Position numbers and translations under genes: made by a program
In this document: positions 60,661-64,000 of the stretch, piece after piece
Position numbering within the stretch: the first letter of the stretch is position 1
Layout: each line of letters begins with the position of its first letter
The notes under the pieces: model-generated
Database searches by the model: none
What the model saw: only the letters and a program-made list of their open reading frames with translations
Told to the model about the DNA's origin: nothing
Assembly: GCF_006345805.1 (NCBI RefSeq)
Contig: NC_043003.1
Coordinates: 85,560,001-85,624,000 of the forward strand
Length of the DNA stretch: 64,000 nucleotides
From: Octopus sinensis
Taxonomy: Eukaryota
Direction: 5' to 3'

Positions 60661-60919
60661 TAAGTTTTCCCTTTGTTGCCATAAACCCCTAACATACAAA
60701 TATTTTTTTTAATGCTTTTTTAAACATGGAACTGTGTTAGTTTATATATATATATATATATGATATATATATCTGTGGATAGTAAACATTGTTCTTACAT
60801 GAAACAGTTAATGTGTCAATGTTAGTATGTCTGTATTGTATGAACAGTGAATGTAGCTCTTTCGTGGAACAGCTAAAGTGTTTAGTTTGTCTATATAGTA
60901 TAAACATTAGTATAGTATT

Positions 60920-61155
60920 AAGGCGGCGAGCTGGCAGAAACGTTAGCACGCCGGGCGAAATGTTTAGCTGTATTTCGTCTGACGTTACATTCTGAGTTCA
61001 AATTCCGCTGAGGTAGACTTTGCCTTTCATCCTTTCGGGGTTGATAAATAAAGTACCTGTTTCGCACCGGGGTCGATGTAATCGACTTAATCCCTTTGTC
61101 TGTCCTTGTTTGTCCCCTCTATGTTTAGCCCCTTGTGGATAATAAAGAAATAGGT
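60920..61155 (+). mobile_element. tRNA-derived SINE (aaggcggcgag family), full length
   Basis: aaggcggcgagctggcagaaacgttagcacgccgggcg; gagttcaaattccgc B-box. Confidence 0.92.
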
Positions 61156-61708
61156 ATGCATGTGTGTATGTATCATGAATAGGGGATTGGTGGAGTCAAT
61201 GAAATGGTAGATTATATGCAGTTTCTTAGGTGCATGAATGTGATTTTTAGGGTTCAGAAGAGAGAGTAAATAGCAGGTTACGGAGTTTGTGTGTGTGTGT
61301 GAGTGACTGAAGATGTGCAGAAAGCAAGTGAAATAAAGTGCAGAGTTGAATGGGTGGAGGGAGCAGTTACAGCTCCATTCAAAGGATCAGTGTCATCATT
61401 AGGGTAACAGTATGGGGGAGGGGGCAAACCTTTTGCCCCACCGAATCTGTTGTAGTTAAAAATACAAAAACAAACTAAGAAAGTTTGTATGGAAGTGGGA
61501 AGGGCTTTAAGTGATGTGGGGAAAGAAGCATCTGTGTCTCTGAGGATGATGATATGTGTGAATATATGTATTTCTGTGTGTGGTGATATGCATTTGTATG
61601 TAAGGAGTCATATTGGAGGGGAAGTGTCTGAAACACCTAGGATTATTTCAGTTTTTTTTCATTTCATGTATGCATATATAAATGTGTACGTGTGTGTGTA
61701 TGTATATG

Positions 61709-61741
<33 letters not shown>

Positions 61742-61761
61742 ATATATATATATATATATAT

Positions 61762-61948
61762 TCTGTGCAGGTGGCACGTAAAAAGCACCCACTACACTCA
61801 CGGAGTGGTTGGCGTTAGGAAGGGCATCCAGCCGTAGAAACACTGCCAAATCTGACTGGGCCTGATGAAGCCTTCCGGCTTCACAGACCCCAGTTAAACT
61901 GTCCAACCCATGCTAGCATGGAAAACGGACGCTAAATGAAGATGATAC
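61762..61948 (+). mobile_element. RTE LINE 3' tail
   Basis: Same tail as 32195 and 40070. Confidence 0.85.
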
Positions 61949-62151
61949 ACGTATGTATGTGTGTGTGTGTATATATATATATGTATATACATATGTATGT
62001 ATGTGTGTATATATACATACACATGTGTGCGTATATGTATATATGTATATCATCATCATTTAACATCTGTGTTCCATGCTAGCATGGGGGTGGGGCACAG
62101 TACCATAAGAGCATATACATTTATATGTATCTGTGTGTATATATATGTGTA

Positions 62152-63700
62152 GACGCAGTTTGGATTCGTGCCAGGGAAAAGCACCACTGATGCCATATTT
62201 CTGGTGAGACAGCTGCAGGAGAAATACCTAGCCAAAGATAAACCTCTGTACCTGGCTTTTGTCGACATGGAGAAAGCCTTTGACAGGGTCCCCCAATCCC
62301 TTATCTGGTGGTCAATGAGGAAACTAGGGATAGATGAATGGTTAGTGAGAGCTGTACAAGCCATGTATAGGGACGCTGTTAGTAAGGTGAGGGTTGGTAA
62401 CGAGTACAGTGAAGAATTCCGGGTAGAGGTTGGGGTCCACCAAGGTTCAGTCCTCAGCCCCCTCCTATTTATCATAGTCCTCCAAGCAATAACGGAGGAA
62501 TTCAAGACAGGTTGCCCCTGGGAGCTCCTCTATGCTGATGACCTTGCTCTAATTGCTGAGTCACTATCAGAACTGGAGGAGAGGTTTCAGGTGTGGAAGC
62601 AAGGATTAGAATCGAAGGGCCTTAGAGTCAACCTAGCTAAAACCAAAGTTCTAATAAGTAGGAAGGTAGACAAATCACAAACACCCTGAGGTAGATGGCC
62701 CTGCTTGATCTGTAGAAAAGGCGTAGGTAGAAACTCTATAAGATGCACCAAGTGTAAGCTATGGACACATAAGAGGTGCAGCAATGTCAAAGGAAGGCTA
62801 ACTAGGAAGATAGGTTTTGTATGTGGAAGATGCTCGGGAGCAATAAACACTGAAAATATGCAGAGACCATCTTCTACCACATTCCTTGGAGAAAAACTAG
62901 AAATAGTTGATATCTTCCGTTACCTAGGTGACCAAATCAGCAGCAGGTGCGGGTGCGCTGAAAATGTAACTGATAGAGTAAGAATAGCCTGTGCAAAGTT
63001 CAGAGAGCTCTTGCCTCTGCTAGTGACAAAAGGCCTCTCGCTCAGAGTAAAAGGCAGATTGTATGACGCATGTGTACGAACAGCTATGCTACATGGCAGT
63101 GAAACATGGGCCGTGACTGCTGAGGATATGCTAAGCTTGCAAGAAATGAAGCCAGTATGCTCCGATGGATGTGTAATGTCAGTGTTCATACTTGACAGAG
63201 TGTAAGTACTTTGAGAGAAAAGTTGGACCTAAGAAGCATCAGTTGTGGTGTGCAAGAGAGACGTTTGTGCTGGTATGGTCATGTGGCGAGAATGGATGAA
63301 GATAGTTGTATGAAAAAGTGCCACACCCTAGCGGTTGAGGGAACCTGTGGAAGAGGTAGACCCAGGAAAACCTGGGACGAGGTGGTGAAGCACGACCTTC
63401 AAACTTTAGGTCTCGCCGAGGAAATGACTAGAGACCGAGACCTTTGGAAGTATGCTGTGCGTGAGAAGACCCAGCAGGGCAAGTGAGGCCATAATCCCGT
63501 GGCCTATACCTGGGATGTAGCCAGCCCACTTATGCTTTCCTTTCCTTCTTGGGACACAAAACTCCACTTGTGAAGACCTGTTGAGGCAAGTGAAAATCAA
63601 AATCGTAATCTGTTAACATCAATGGAATTTGTAGCTCTGATACCAGTGCCGGTGGCACATAAGAGAATCATTCGAACATGGCCGTAGCCAGCGCCGCCCG
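62152..63700 (+). mobile_element. 5'-truncated RTE-clade LINE (RT, PHD-like finger, C-terminus, partial 3' UTR)
   Basis: QFGFVPGKSTTDAIF..LAFVDMEKAFDRVP..GVHQGSVLSPLLF..ELLYADDL; one in-frame TGA (62687-62689) and a frameshift near 63130-63200; ORF ends at 63486. Confidence 0.95.
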
Positions 63701-64000
63701 TCATAAAATTGGTGCATTTTACGTGCCACCAGCACGGAAGCCAGTCATGGCGGCGCTGGGATCGGCCATGATTCGGATGGTGCTTTTTACGTGCCACCGG
63801 CACGGAAGCCAGTCAAGGTGGCGCTGGCATCGGCCAGGCGGCGCTATCCCTAAAAATGAAAGGCAAAGTTAATTCTGGCTGAATTTGATTTTAAAGTTTA
63901 AAGAGCCAAAAGAAATACTGCTAAGCTGTATATTGCACTAATAATTCTGCCAGCTCACTGTCTTAATAATAACGATCATCCTTTTTATTATAAGCAAAAG

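Overview
Eukaryotic, very AT-rich, microsatellite- and transposon-dense genomic DNA. The SINE/MITE repertoire points to an Octopus-type cephalopod genome; this is an inference, no database search was possible. One host protein-coding gene is supported: a + strand SPICE1 (spindle and centriole-associated protein 1, CCDC52) orthologue. I assembled it by hand as 16 phase-consistent GT-AG coding exons from 25598 to 54327 (2478 nt, 825 aa plus stop). It probably has a non-coding first exon and a CpG-rich, possibly bidirectional promoter near 10.0-10.5 kb, and an intron in the 3' UTR. The rest is mobile DNA: defective Merlin, pogo and mariner transposons; MITEs (piggyBac-, pogo-, mariner- and Kolobok-like); a probable Helitron carrying a captured ORF fragment; CRE, CR1/L2-group and RTE LINE remnants; and many tRNA-derived SINEs. 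The most interesting observations are: (1) a minimal hammerhead-ribozyme fold with a non-canonical A6U core, present in two copies of a ~190-bp Penelope/retrozyme-like element; (2) a SINE flanked by a 104-bp direct duplication; (3) short templated copies of nearby sequence; (4) a PHD-type finger inside an RTE ORF; (5) an 8-residue HQQLPSQT repeat and an abruptly short C-terminus in SPICE1. No rRNA, true tRNA genes or CRISPR arrays are seen. All coordinates were counted by eye; repeat boundaries are approximate.
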